NCBI GenBank assembly: GCA_041395265.1
Contig: JAWLAW010000010.1
Span: 36,387 to 100,386, forward strand
Length of the DNA stretch: 64,000 bases
Origin: Lysobacteraceae bacterium
GTDB lineage: Bacteria > Pseudomonadota > Gammaproteobacteria > Xanthomonadales > Xanthomonadaceae
Direction: 5' to 3'
The first letter of the stretch is position 1, and each line of letters starts with the position of its first letter. The notes under the pieces were generated by a model. It did not search any database. It worked only from the letters and a program-made list of their open reading frames with translations, and was not told the origin of the DNA. A program made the translations under genes and the position numbers. Shown piece after piece: positions 18,021-27,416 of the stretch.

Positions 18021-18445
18021 TCCGCTTCGCCCTCGCCCTGCTGCTGTTGCTGCTTCCGATGGTTGGTCATGCGGTGGAACCGCTGCCCTTCCGCGATCGT
18101 GCCGAGGAACAACGCTTCCAGCAACTCACCGCCGAACTGCGTTGTGTGAAGTGCCAGAATCAGAGCCTCGCCGACTCCAACGCGCCGATTGCCCACGACC
18201 TGCGCCGCGAAGTCTTCGACCTGATGCACGAAGGCCGCAGCGACGACGAGATCAAGGCGTTCCTGAGCCAACGCTATGGCGACTTCGTCCTCTACAGCCC
18301 GCCGGTGGCCGGCGACACGCTGCTGATCTGGATAGCCCCTGCGCTGGTATTGGTCGGCGGCGCGGTGACGCTTTGGCTGGTGGTCCGCAGCCGGCGTCGA
18401 CCAACCGGCGCTGACGACATACTGCAGCCCGAGGACGAGGCATGA
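18017..18445 (+). CDS. ccmH: Cytochrome c-type biogenesis protein CcmH
   Basis: It has the LRCVKCQNQSLADSNAP (CxxC) motif and a C-terminal TM segment. Confidence 0.85.
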   Translation: MIRFALALLLLLLPMVGHAVEPLPFRDRAEEQRFQQLTAELRCVKCQNQSLADSNAPIAHDLRREVFDLMHEGRSDDEIKAFLSQRYGDFVLYSPPVAGDTLLIWIAPALVLVGGAVTLWLVVRSRRRPTGADDILQPEDEA

Positions 18446-19542
18446 GTCCGCTGTTCATCGCCCTGGCCGGCCTGCTGACGCTGGCCACCTGCGCAGCGAT
18501 CGTCCTGCCGCTGATGCGCGGCGGCAGCGAACGGCCGCGCGGCATCGCCCTTGGCATCCTGCTGCTGGTGCCGCTGGCGACGCTGTTGCTGTATCTGCAT
18601 TTCGGGCGTCCTGATGGCCTTGGCGTCTCCGGCCCTGCGGTCATGCCCGCGCAAGCGGGCAATGCGTCGGAAGCCACGGCCAACCTCGAGGACGCCATCA
18701 ACGGCCTGCGCCAGCGACTGCAGTCCGAGCCGGACGATATCGAGGGCTGGCGACTGCTGGGCCGCGCTTACAAGGCGCTGGAGCGTTTCGACGAAGCCCG
18801 CGATGCGGTGGCGCAGGCGCATCAACTCGCGCCGGACAATGCCGACGTGCTGGTTGACCTCGCCGAAACCACGGCGCTGGCCAATCCGGAGCATCGCTTT
18901 GACGAGCAGGCCGTTGGCTATCTGCAGCAGGCGTTGGCCGCGTCGCCCGATCATCCTCGCGCGCTCTGGTTTGCCGGTGTCGCTGCCTACCAGCGTGGCG
19001 ACAATGCCCAAGCGGCAAGCACCTGGCAGTCGCTTCGGGAAAACCTGCCGCCGGGTGCGGATATCCTGCCGGCATTGACCGAACGCATCGCCGAGGCGCG
19101 ACGCAATGCCGGTCTGCCGCCGCTGCCGGCTGTTCCCGATGCAACGACGGCAAGCAGCACCAGCGAATCGGCGGCCAACGACGCGCCGCTGCTGCGCCTG
19201 CGCGTCGAGCTGGATGAGTCGCTGCGTGATCGCGTCAACGACAGCGATACGGTGTTCGTGTTCGCCCGCGCCATCAACGGCCCGCCCATGCCGCTGGCCG
19301 TGCGCCGCCTGACCGTTGCCGAGCTGCCCGCCGACATTGAACTCGGCGACACCGACAGCATGCTGCCGAACTTGACGCTGTCGTCGCAGCCGCACGTTAC
19401 GGTAGTGGCTCGCGTATCCTTCGGCGGCCAGCCAACCGCGAAGCCCGGTGACCTGGAGTCAATACCGTTTGACGTCGCCATCATCGCCGATGCCGATAGC
19501 ATCGAAACGCAGCGGCTGTTGATCGACACCGTCCATCGGTAA
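18442..19542 (+). CDS. ccmI: c-type cytochrome biogenesis protein CcmI (TPR)
   Basis: It has N-terminal TM segments followed by TPR-like repeats. It is translationally coupled to ccmH and is the last gene of the operon. Confidence 0.75.
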   Translation: MSPLFIALAGLLTLATCAAIVLPLMRGGSERPRGIALGILLLVPLATLLLYLHFGRPDGLGVSGPAVMPAQAGNASEATANLEDAINGLRQRLQSEPDDIEGWRLLGRAYKALERFDEARDAVAQAHQLAPDNADVLVDLAETTALANPEHRFDEQAVGYLQQALAASPDHPRALWFAGVAAYQRGDNAQAASTWQSLRENLPPGADILPALTERIAEARRNAGLPPLPAVPDATTASSTSESAANDAPLLRLRVELDESLRDRVNDSDTVFVFARAINGPPMPLAVRRLTVAELPADIELGDTDSMLPNLTLSSQPHVTVVARVSFGGQPTAKPGDLESIPFDVAIIADADSIETQRLLIDTVHR

Positions 19543-19588
19543 CGACGACAGACCTCGATCCAGCCATCACACCCTGACCGAATACGCC

Positions 19589-20713
19589 GTGACCGAATAC
19601 ATCGGACCAGCCACCCAGTTCGCGCCCCTGCCCGACGGTTTCGCCATGAAACGCGGCGGCAGCGTTGATGGCGCACGACTCGCCTACGAGACCTGGGGCC
19701 GGCTGAACGACGCCGGCGACAACGCCGTGCTGATCTTTACCGGCCTGTCACCCAGCGCACACGCGGCAAGTAATGAGGCCGATCCGACACCGGGCTGGTG
19801 GGAAGCCAATATCGGCCCCGGCAAGCCGATCGACACCAACCGCTATTTCGTGATCTGCCCGAACGCGCTGGGAAGCTGCCGCGGCAGCAGTGGCCCGGCA
19901 TCGATCAACCCGGCGACGGGCGAACCGTGGCGGCTGGATTTCCCGCGCCTGTCCATCGAAGACGGTGCCCGCGCCGGTCGCGCCATGCTCGACGGCCTCG
20001 GCATCGAACGCCTGCACAGCGTGGTTGGCTGCTCCATGGGCGGCATGGTGGCGCTGGCCTTCCTGCAACAGAACCCGGGCTTCGCGCGCGGCCACCTCAA
20101 CGTTTCCGGCGCCGCACAGGCACTGCCGTTCTCGATCGCCATCCGCTCGCTGCAGCGCGAGGCGATTCGCCTTGATCCGCAGTGGAACGACGGCCACTAC
20201 GACGACGAGCACTACCCGGAAACCGGCATGCGGCTCGCTCGAAAGCTGGGCGTGGTGACCTACCGCTCGGCGCTGGAATGGCGTGGTCGCTTCGGCCGCG
20301 TGCGCCTGGAGCCGGACGAACGCGACGACGAGCCCTTCGGCCACGAGTTCCAGGTCGAGTCCTACCTCGATCACCACGCCGACCGCTTCGCCCGCTCCTT
20401 CGACCCGAACTGCTACCTCTACCTCAGCCGTTCGATGGACTGGTTCGACTTGAGCGAGCATTGCCCGTCGAAAGCAGCGGGCGGCACGGTTCACGACGCG
20501 CTGGCGTCGCTCAAGGTCGAGCGATCACTCGCCATCGGGGTGGAAACCGACATTCTATTTCCGCTGAACCAGCAGGAAGAGATCGCCAACGGCTTGGCCG
20601 CCGGCGGCTGCGACAGCCAGTTCGCCGGCCTGCCATCACCGCAGGGCCACGACGCCTTCCTGGTCGACCATGAGCGCTTCAGCCCGCTGATCGCCGGCTT
20701 CTTCGCGGCCTGA
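19589..20713 (+). CDS. MetX-family alpha/beta-hydrolase O-acyltransferase (homoserine or serine O-acyltransferase; specificity undetermined)
   Basis: MetX-family motifs are GWWE..IGPGKPIDTNRYFVICPNALGSCRGSSGP, the nucleophile elbow GCSMGGM, and C-terminal GHDAFL. The start is GTG. Confidence 0.8.
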   Translation: MTEYIGPATQFAPLPDGFAMKRGGSVDGARLAYETWGRLNDAGDNAVLIFTGLSPSAHAASNEADPTPGWWEANIGPGKPIDTNRYFVICPNALGSCRGSSGPASINPATGEPWRLDFPRLSIEDGARAGRAMLDGLGIERLHSVVGCSMGGMVALAFLQQNPGFARGHLNVSGAAQALPFSIAIRSLQREAIRLDPQWNDGHYDDEHYPETGMRLARKLGVVTYRSALEWRGRFGRVRLEPDERDDEPFGHEFQVESYLDHHADRFARSFDPNCYLYLSRSMDWFDLSEHCPSKAAGGTVHDALASLKVERSLAIGVETDILFPLNQQEEIANGLAAGGCDSQFAGLPSPQGHDAFLVDHERFSPLIAGFFAA

Positions 20714-20818
20714 GGCAGCCTTTGCGACAGCCGTCGATACCGCAACCTGACCGCAGTCAGGAACCGCCGGGCCCGCGGCGTTACAATGGCAACCTGCTAT
20801 CGCAATCCAGTGATCTCC

Positions 20819-21397
20819 ATGAGCCAGACAGACTTCCCCGGACACGACACCCTGATACAGCGCATTGATCAGGCCGTCGCGCAGGGCGACGTCAACGCCA
20901 TCACCGACTCGCTGCGCCGCACCCTCTGCGAGCTGATCCACGATGACAGCGTGCGTCTGCCGGATTGCGTCTTTGAGCCGGTCGACGGCCACTACGCGCG
21001 TCGCGAGCTCCACGTCAGCAAGGAACATGGCTACAGCGTGATCGCCATGACCTGGGGACCGGGCCAGGGCACGCCGATCCACGACCATTCCGGCATGTGG
21101 TGCGTCGAAGGTGTCTGGAGCGGCGAACTGGAAATCTGTCAGTACGAACTCGTCGACCGCCAGGATGAGCGCTTCAACTTTCGCGCCGTGGGCGCCATGC
21201 AGGCCGGTGCCGGTTCCGCCGGCAGTCTGATCCCACCGCACGAGTACCACACCATCCGCAACCCCAGCGCCGACAAGGTTGCCGTGTCGCTGCACATCTA
21301 CCGCGGCTGCATGACCTGCTGCTCGATGTTCCAGCCGCTGGGCGACAACTGGTTCCAGCGCAACAACAAGGAACTGGGGCTGGACAAGGTGGCCTGA
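20819..21397 (+). CDS. Cysteine dioxygenase type I family cupin (Arg-type)
   Basis: The cupin metal-site motifs are IHDHSG and YHTIRNP. HYARREL aligns with the YTRNL (Arg) position of eukaryotic CDO. The ORF opens at 20786. Confidence 0.75.
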   Translation: MSQTDFPGHDTLIQRIDQAVAQGDVNAITDSLRRTLCELIHDDSVRLPDCVFEPVDGHYARRELHVSKEHGYSVIAMTWGPGQGTPIHDHSGMWCVEGVWSGELEICQYELVDRQDERFNFRAVGAMQAGAGSAGSLIPPHEYHTIRNPSADKVAVSLHIYRGCMTCCSMFQPLGDNWFQRNNKELGLDKVA

Positions 21398-21443
21398 CCT
21401 CACACGGCTCCGTCGCGCAAAACGCTGCATTTTCCCGGCAATC

Positions 21444-21452
21444 TGCTAGAAT
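21444..21452 (+). promoter_or_regulatory. Candidate extended -10 element (TGcTAGAAT) for tRNA-Thr
   Basis: tgctagaat lies about 50 nt upstream of the tRNA. The -35 element is weak (ctgcat). Confidence 0.3.
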
Positions 21453-21504
21453 CCGCGTCCCGCACGGCACGGCCAGCCCGGAAAACCGCGCGCAGATGAC
21501 CCGT

Positions 21505-21580
<76 letters not shown>

Positions 21581-21596
21581 TTTGTTCTGTACGATG

Positions 21597-21623
21597 AAGG
21601 CGCCCAGCGGCGCCTTTGTTGTT
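21597..21623 (+). terminator. Rho-independent terminator after tRNA-Thr
   Basis: The hairpin aaggcgcc-cagc-ggcgcctt is followed by tgttgtt. Confidence 0.7.
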
Positions 21624-21691
21624 CGGATCCGGGCGAAGCTGATGATCCGGCATCGTCTACCGAAGCCATTAGCGCTTCGACTATCAAACAC

Positions 21692-21779
21692 GGAAGAGTG
21701 GCCGAGCGGTTGAAGGCACCGGTCTTGAAAACCGGCAATGGGAAACCATTCGTGGGTTCGAATCCCACCTCTTCCGCCA
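21692..21779 (+). tRNA. tRNA-Ser (anticodon TGA)
   Basis: It is a class II tRNA. The 5' end is GGAAGAGTGGCCGAGCGGTTGAAGGCA and the anticodon loop is ctTGAaa. It has a long variable arm and a T-arm gggttcgaatccc, and it encodes CCA. Confidence 0.9.
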
Positions 21780-21840
21780 GATACGAAAAGGGCCGCCCGG
21801 TTGGGCGGCCCTTTTCGTATCTGGCGGAAGAGGTGGGATT
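21761..21840. repeat. Perfect 38-bp inverted repeat (4-nt loop) spanning the tRNA-Ser 3' end and its terminator
   Basis: 21761-21798 (aatcccacctcttccgccagatacgaaaagggccgccc) is the exact reverse complement of 21803-21840. The inner part (aaaagggccgccc/gggcggccctttt) is a bidirectional terminator. Confidence 0.9.
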
Positions 21841-21848
21841 AGCTAGAA

Positions 21849-21959
21849 CCCCAGCAAGTCGCGCAGCGAATGGCTGGGGGTCGACAAAACGGCATGGAAA
21901 GCCGTTTTGGACGGACGAACGTCCGCCCGCGAAGCGGGTGGCGCACAAGGATGTGCGCC
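21849..21959. other. Array of five consecutive stem-loops between tRNA-Ser and the ispH stop
   Basis: The stems are ccccagc/gctgggg (21849-21879), caaaacggc/gccgttttg (21885-21909) and ggacg/cgtcc (21909-21924). They continue with cccgc/gcggg (21926-21938) and ggcgcaca/tgtgcgcc (21940-21959). The second stem has A/T tracts and probably terminates ispH. Confidence 0.6.
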
Positions 21960-21996
21960 ATCAATCCCACTTGATCCAACGGCCTTCCTTCCGCTG

Positions 21997-22962
21997 TCAC
22001 CCCAGCACCCGAATCCGCAGCTCCTTCGGCAGCGCAAACACCATGTTCTCCGGCTCGCCATCCAGCTGTCGCGCGTTCCCCGCTCCCAACTGCTGCAGGC
22101 GCGAGATCACGCCATCGACGAGCAGTTCAGGCGCAGACGCACCGGCAGTCACCCCGATGGCCTGTTTGCCTTCCAGCCACGTCGGATCGATGTTCTCCGC
22201 ACCGTCGATCAGATAGGCGGCGATACCCTGCTTTTCCGCCAGCTCGCGCAGGCGGTTGGAGTTGGAGCTGTTCACCGAGCCCACCACCAGCACCAGGTCG
22301 CAATGTCCGGCCAGCTCACGCACGGCGTCCTGGCGGTTCTGCGTGGCATAGCAGATGTCGTCGTGGCGCGGCCCCTGGATTGCGGGAAAGCGCTTGCGCA
22401 GGGCGTCGATCACGTCGAGCGTGTCGTCCACCGACAAGGTGGTCTGGGTGGTGAAAGCGAGGTTGTCCGGCTGATCGACAGAAACCGTGGCCACGTCCTC
22501 TACGCTTTCCACAAGATGAATCCGCCCGGTCGCGGCCTCTCGATCCCACTGACCCATGGTGCCTTCGACTTCGGGATGGCCTGCGTGGCCAATCAGCACC
22601 ATGTCGCGACCGGCGCGGCAGTGGCGCGAGACTTCCATATGGACCTTGGTCACCAGCGGGCAGGTGGCATCGAACACCTTCAGGCCACGACGATCCGCCT
22701 CGCGACGTACCGCCTGCGAAACGCCATGTGCCGAGAAGATGACGGTAGCGTCGTCCGGCACTTCGTCGAGCTCCTCGACGAACACCGCGCCCTTGGCGCG
22801 CAGGTCATCGACGACGTAGCGGTTGTGCACGACCTCATGACGCACGTAAATCGGCGCGCCGAAACTCTCCAGTGCGCGGTTCACGATCTCGATGGCGCGA
22901 TCCACACCGGCGCAGAAGCCGCGCGGATTGGCAAGCAGAATCCTTGGCGTGATCGTACTCAT
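21997..22962 (-). CDS. ispH: 4-hydroxy-3-methylbut-2-enyl diphosphate reductase
   Basis: The N-terminus [18 protein letters not shown] and conserved Cys/His contexts ([17 protein letters not shown]) are typical of IspH/LytB. It lies in the ileS-lspA-ispH cluster. Confidence 0.95.
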   Translation of the reverse strand: MSTITPRILLANPRGFCAGVDRAIEIVNRALESFGAPIYVRHEVVHNRYVVDDLRAKGAVFVEELDEVPDDATVIFSAHGVSQAVRREADRRGLKVFDATCPLVTKVHMEVSRHCRAGRDMVLIGHAGHPEVEGTMGQWDREAATGRIHLVESVEDVATVSVDQPDNLAFTTQTTLSVDDTLDVIDALRKRFPAIQGPRHDDICYATQNRQDAVRELAGHCDLVLVVGSVNSSNSNRLRELAEKQGIAAYLIDGAENIDPTWLEGKQAIGVTAGASAPELLVDGVISRLQQLGAGNARQLDGEPENMVFALPKELRIRVLG

Positions 22963-23471
22963 TCCGGACTCTCCTCGCCCTTGTGAAACACGACGCCGAA
23001 GATCAGCAGCAGGACTGCACCGACGCTGATCGCCGAGTCGGCAACATTGAACGCCGGCCAGTGACTGGCGCCCCAGTAGACATCAACGAAGTCGATGACA
23101 TGGCCGAGACGCAGGCGGTCGATCAGGTTGCCCAGCGCACCGGAAATCACCAGCGCAAACGGCAGCGCGTGACGCCAGTCGTGGCGCGGGATCCGGCGCA
23201 TCCACAGCACCAGCATGCCGCTGATACCGACGGCTAGACCCGAGAAGAACCAGCGCTGCCAACCAGATGCGTCACTCAGGAAGCTGAAAGCTGCGCCTTC
23301 GTTGTAGGTCAGCGTCCAGTTCATCAGGCCGTCGATCACCGGTACCGGGCGCTGGAACTGCAGCGCGCTTTCGGCCCAGAGCTTGGTCAGCTGGTCGAAC
23401 ACGATCAACACCACGGACAGCCACAGCCATGGCAGCGCATTGGCGCGGGTCTGAACAGCGGATCGATTCAC
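22959..23471 (-). CDS. lspA: Lipoprotein signal peptidase II
   Basis: LspA motifs include [14 protein letters not shown] and [18 protein letters not shown] 23471 lies 13 nt after the ileS stop. The ORF extends to 23573, inside ileS. Confidence 0.9.
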   Translation of the reverse strand: MNRSAVQTRANALPWLWLSVVLIVFDQLTKLWAESALQFQRPVPVIDGLMNWTLTYNEGAAFSFLSDASGWQRWFFSGLAVGISGMLVLWMRRIPRHDWRHALPFALVISGALGNLIDRLRLGHVIDFVDVYWGASHWPAFNVADSAISVGAVLLLIFGVVFHKGEESPE

Positions 23472-23484
23472 GGTGGCGATCTGC

Positions 23485-26319
23485 TCAGAAATAGCGGCGA
23501 TCCTCGCCCGGACCATCGACGTTATCGACGCAGCGGCTACACAACTCCGGATGCTCGGCGTTGCTGCCGACATCGTCGCGACGATGCCAGCAGCGCACGC
23601 ACTTGGTGGCTTCGGACACCATCACGGCAGCCTTTATGCCGCCCAGACCGGGAATCGGCTCCAGCGTCTGCAACTCACCCGATCCGTCGCCGAGCTGTAC
23701 GTCCGACACGATGAACAGGAAACGCAGCTCGTCCGCCACGGTCGCCACGGAAGCCGGCATGTCGTCGAAAGACAGGCTGACCTTCGCGTCGAGTGACGAG
23801 CCGATCTGCTTGTCCTTGCGCATCGGCTCGATGATCGCCGACAGCTGTGAGCGCAGTTCGACCAGCGCCTTCATCGTGTCATCGCCCAGCGCGGCGTCTG
23901 CCGGCAGTTCGTCCAGGCCTTCGTACCAGGTCGCCGAGAACACTGACGGGTCCTCGCGATCCGGCAGGAACGACCAGATTTCCTCGGCGGTGAAGCTCAG
24001 CACCGGCGCGATCCAGCGCACCATGGCCTCGACGATGCGGTACATCGCGCTCTGTGCCGAACGCCGTCCGCGCGACTCGGTCGGCATCGTGTACAGCCGA
24101 TCCTTGGTGACGTCGAGATACAGCGAACCCAGTTCGTTGGTGCAGAAGTTCTGCACCGCGCCGACGATGGCGGCGAAGTCGTAGCGCTCGTAGGCGGACA
24201 GGATGCGCGCCTGCAGCTTCGCTGCCTGATCAACGGCCCACTGATCGAGCAGCAGCAGCTCGCCGTTCGGCAGCAGGTGCTGCTTCGGATCGAAGCCATC
24301 CAGGTTACCGAGCAGGAAGCGACAGGTGTTGCGGATGCGGCGGTAGGCATCACTGCTGCGCTTCAGGATCTCGTCCGACACCGACATCTCGTAGCGGTAG
24401 TCGGCCGAGCAGACCCACAGGCGCAGCACGTCGGCGCCTAGCGAATCCATCACCTTCTGCGGTGCGATCACGTTGCCGATCGACTTCGACATCTTGCGGC
24501 CGTCGGCATCGACGGTGAAGCCATGCGTCAGGCACTGCCGGTACGGCGCCACGCCGTCCATGGCCACGCCGGTCAGCAGCGAGCTCTGGAACCAGCCACG
24601 ATGCTGGTCGGAACCTTCGAGGTAGATGTCGGCCGGCTTGGCCAGCTCGTCGCGCTGCGCCAGCACGGCGTGATGACTGACGCCGGAATCGAACCACACG
24701 TCGAGGATGTCGGTGACCTTCTCGTAGTCGCCCGCCTCGTCACCCAGCAGCTCGGCGGGATCAAGGTCGTACCAGGCGTCGATGCCGCCCTGCTCCACCT
24801 TGTCCGCCGCCTGCTGCATCAGTTCGACCGAACGCGGATGCGGCTCGCCGGTGGCGTGGTGGATGAACAGCGCGATGGGCACGCCCCAGGTGCGCTGGCG
24901 TGAGATGCACCAGTCCGGGCGTCCGGCGATCATGCCGTGGATGCGCTCCTTGCCGAAGCCCGGCACCCAGCGCACCGTCTCGATGGCGGCCAACGCGTCG
25001 CTGCGAAGGTTCGCCTGCTCCATGCCGATGAACCACTGCGGCGTGGTGCGGAAGGCCACCGGCGTCTTGTGCCGCCAGCAGTGCGGATAGCTGTGCGGAT
25101 ACTTCGCGAAGGCCAGCAACACGCCGCGCTCGCGCAGTATGTCGACGATCTGGTCGTTGGCCTTCCAGATGTGCTGGCCGGCCAGCGGCGGCTCGGCGGG
25201 CAGCATTTCGGCGAGATACACGCCGTTGGCGCCGACCGGATTCAATGCCTCGATGCCGTAGATCTTGCCGACCGCGAAATCCTCCTGACCGTGGCCAGGC
25301 GCGGTGTGCACGGCACCGGTGCCGTCCTCGACGGTGACGTGGTCGCCGAGGATGATCGGGATGTCGCGCTCGTAGAACGGATGACCGAGCACGAGGTTTT
25401 CGAGCTCGGCGCCCTTGGCACGACCCAGCACGGTCGGCGTCTCGATGCCGTAGCGCGCCAGCGCCTTGCCGGCCAGCGCTTCGGCCAGCACCAGCAAACG
25501 TTTGACACCATTGGTTTCAGGGCCTTCGACCAGCACGTAGTCCAGCTCCGGCCCCAGCGCGACGGCGAGGCTGGCGGGCAGCGTCCATGGCGTGGTGGTC
25601 CAGATCGGCACGGCAACGGTTGCATCGCTTTCGACGCCGAACTTCGCAGCCAGCGCCGCGCTGTCCTTGGCGTCATAGGCCACATCGACGGCCGGCGACA
25701 CCTTGTCCTGGTATTCGATCTCCGCCTCGGCCAGCGCCGAGCCGCAGTCGAAACACCAGTGCACCGGCTTCACGCCGCGCTGCAGATGGCCGTTGTCGAT
25801 GATCTTCGCCAGCGCGCGCAGCATGTCGGCTTCGTAGGTGAAGTCCATGCTGCGGTAGGGGTTTTCCCAGTCGCCGAGCACGCCGAGGCGCTTGAAGTCG
25901 CTGCGCTGCTTGTCGATCTGCTCGCCGGCGTACTCGCGGCACTTCTGGCGGAAAGCGGCGGCGTCGAGCTTCTGCCCGGCCTTACCGAACTTCTTCTCGA
26001 CGGCCACCTCGATCGGCAGACCATGACAGTCCCAGCCCGGCACATAGGGTGCATCGAAACCGGAAATGCGCTTGGACTTCACCACCACGTCCTTGAGGAT
26101 CTTGTTCACCGCATGGCCGATGTGGATTTCGCCGTTGGCATACGGCGGGCCGTCGTGCAGCACGAAACGCGGACGTCCCTGCTGCGCCTTCTGCAGGCGC
26201 GCGTAGCGGCCTTCGGCTTCCCACTCGGCGAGCATGTCCGGCTCGCGCTTGGGCAGTTCGCCACGCATCGGGAAATCGGTCTGCGGCAGGTTGATGCTGG
26301 CCTTGTAGTCCTTGCTCAC
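23485..26319 (-). CDS. ileS: Isoleucyl-tRNA synthetase
   Basis: It has the HIGH motif ([10 protein letters not shown]), the KMSKS motif (RKMSKSIGN) and a C-terminal zinc finger (CVRCW...CSRC). The length is 944 aa. Confidence 0.97.
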   Translation of the reverse strand: MSKDYKASINLPQTDFPMRGELPKREPDMLAEWEAEGRYARLQKAQQGRPRFVLHDGPPYANGEIHIGHAVNKILKDVVVKSKRISGFDAPYVPGWDCHGLPIEVAVEKKFGKAGQKLDAAAFRQKCREYAGEQIDKQRSDFKRLGVLGDWENPYRSMDFTYEADMLRALAKIIDNGHLQRGVKPVHWCFDCGSALAEAEIEYQDKVSPAVDVAYDAKDSAALAAKFGVESDATVAVPIWTTTPWTLPASLAVALGPELDYVLVEGPETNGVKRLLVLAEALAGKALARYGIETPTVLGRAKGAELENLVLGHPFYERDIPIILGDHVTVEDGTGAVHTAPGHGQEDFAVGKIYGIEALNPVGANGVYLAEMLPAEPPLAGQHIWKANDQIVDILRERGVLLAFAKYPHSYPHCWRHKTPVAFRTTPQWFIGMEQANLRSDALAAIETVRWVPGFGKERIHGMIAGRPDWCISRQRTWGVPIALFIHHATGEPHPRSVELMQQAADKVEQGGIDAWYDLDPAELLGDEAGDYEKVTDILDVWFDSGVSHHAVLAQRDELAKPADIYLEGSDQHRGWFQSSLLTGVAMDGVAPYRQCLTHGFTVDADGRKMSKSIGNVIAPQKVMDSLGADVLRLWVCSADYRYEMSVSDEILKRSSDAYRRIRNTCRFLLGNLDGFDPKQHLLPNGELLLLDQWAVDQAAKLQARILSAYERYDFAAIVGAVQNFCTNELGSLYLDVTKDRLYTMPTESRGRRSAQSAMYRIVEAMVRWIAPVLSFTAEEIWSFLPDREDPSVFSATWYEGLDELPADAALGDDTMKALVELRSQLSAIIEPMRKDKQIGSSLDAKVSLSFDDMPASVATVADELRFLFIVSDVQLGDGSGELQTLEPIPGLGGIKAAVMVSEATKCVRCWHRRDDVGSNAEHPELCSRCVDNVDGPGEDRRYF

Positions 26320-26334
26320 GCTTGCTCCGGTGCT

Positions 26335-27330
26335 TCAGTGCGTCGTGGTCGACGCTTTGCTTGTCAGGGATTGGGATGGGGACGAATCGCCGGCAGGCAA
26401 AGCGATCCCGAGGATGCGACGTGCCTCGACAGCGTCGCGGTCCATCTGCTCGACCAGACTCGGCAGGTCATCGAACTTTTCCTCGTCGCGCAGCTTGGCG
26501 ACGAACTCGACCTCGATCAGGCGCCCGTAGAGGTCGCCGTCAAAGTCGAACAGATGCGCTTCGAGCAGGCTTTCGTGACCATCCACGGTTGGCCGCGTAC
26601 CCAGGCTCGCGACGCCCGGCCACGGATGACCTTCGACTCCGTGAACGCGCACCGCGAAGATGCCACCCAACGCCGCCTTGCGACCGTGCAGTGACAGATT
26701 CGCAGTGGGATAACCCAGCTCGCGGCCCAGCTGCTGGCCTCGGATCACGCGGCCGGACATGGCGTAGGGCCGACCCAGCAGTTCGGCAGCCGTATCCAGA
26801 TCGCCGGCGGCGAGTCGTTCGCGGATGCGTGAACTGCTGATCCGCTGGTCATCGATTTCCACCGGTGACAGCACCGACGTCACGAAACCCAGCTCGTCAC
26901 CCAGCCGTTCCAGAAGGCTGGCATCCCCGGCACGTCGATGGCCGAAGCGGAAATCCTGGCCGATCCACACCTCTCTCGCCCGCAGCCGGTCGCAGAGCAC
27001 GCGCTGCACGAAATCTTCCGGCGACAGGGCGGCCAGCTCGGCGTTGAAGCGCAGCAGGCCGATGATGTCGAGACCGGCTTCGCGCAGCAGTTCGATCTTG
27101 CGACGCGGCCACAGCAGGCGTGCGGGCGGGTCGTTGCGGCCAAAGTACTCGCGCGGCAGCGGCTCGAAGCTCAGCAGCGTGGCGTCCAGGTCCATTTCCC
27201 GGGCACGGGCAAGCGCGCGGCCGATCAGCGCACGGTGGCCCAGGTGCAGACCGTCGAAAGCGCCGATACAGACCACGCTGCCCCGAGGACTGACCGCATC
27301 CCCGTCGACGTCCCTAAACAGCCTGCTCAT
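26335..27330 (-). CDS. ribF: Bifunctional riboflavin kinase / FMN adenylyltransferase
   Basis: The N-terminus has GAFDGLHLGH and the C-terminal riboflavin kinase motifs are GYPTANL and LLEAHLFDFDGDLYG. Confidence 0.93.
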   Translation of the reverse strand: MSRLFRDVDGDAVSPRGSVVCIGAFDGLHLGHRALIGRALARAREMDLDATLLSFEPLPREYFGRNDPPARLLWPRRKIELLREAGLDIIGLLRFNAELAALSPEDFVQRVLCDRLRAREVWIGQDFRFGHRRAGDASLLERLGDELGFVTSVLSPVEIDDQRISSSRIRERLAAGDLDTAAELLGRPYAMSGRVIRGQQLGRELGYPTANLSLHGRKAALGGIFAVRVHGVEGHPWPGVASLGTRPTVDGHESLLEAHLFDFDGDLYGRLIEVEFVAKLRDEEKFDDLPSLVEQMDRDAVEARRILGIALPAGDSSPSQSLTSKASTTTH

Positions 27331-27354
27331 CGGCGCGAATTATAGTGGCTTTTT

Positions 27355-27400
27355 CCCTTCTCCCGCTGGCGGGGGAAGGTGCCCGAAGGGCGGATGGGGG
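27355..27400. repeat. REP-like GC-rich palindromic element between the murJ stop and the ribF start
   Basis: It consists of cccttctccc-gctggc-gggggaagg followed by gccc-gaa-gggc. Confidence 0.5.
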
Positions 27401-27416
27401 TGGTTCAACAGATTCA

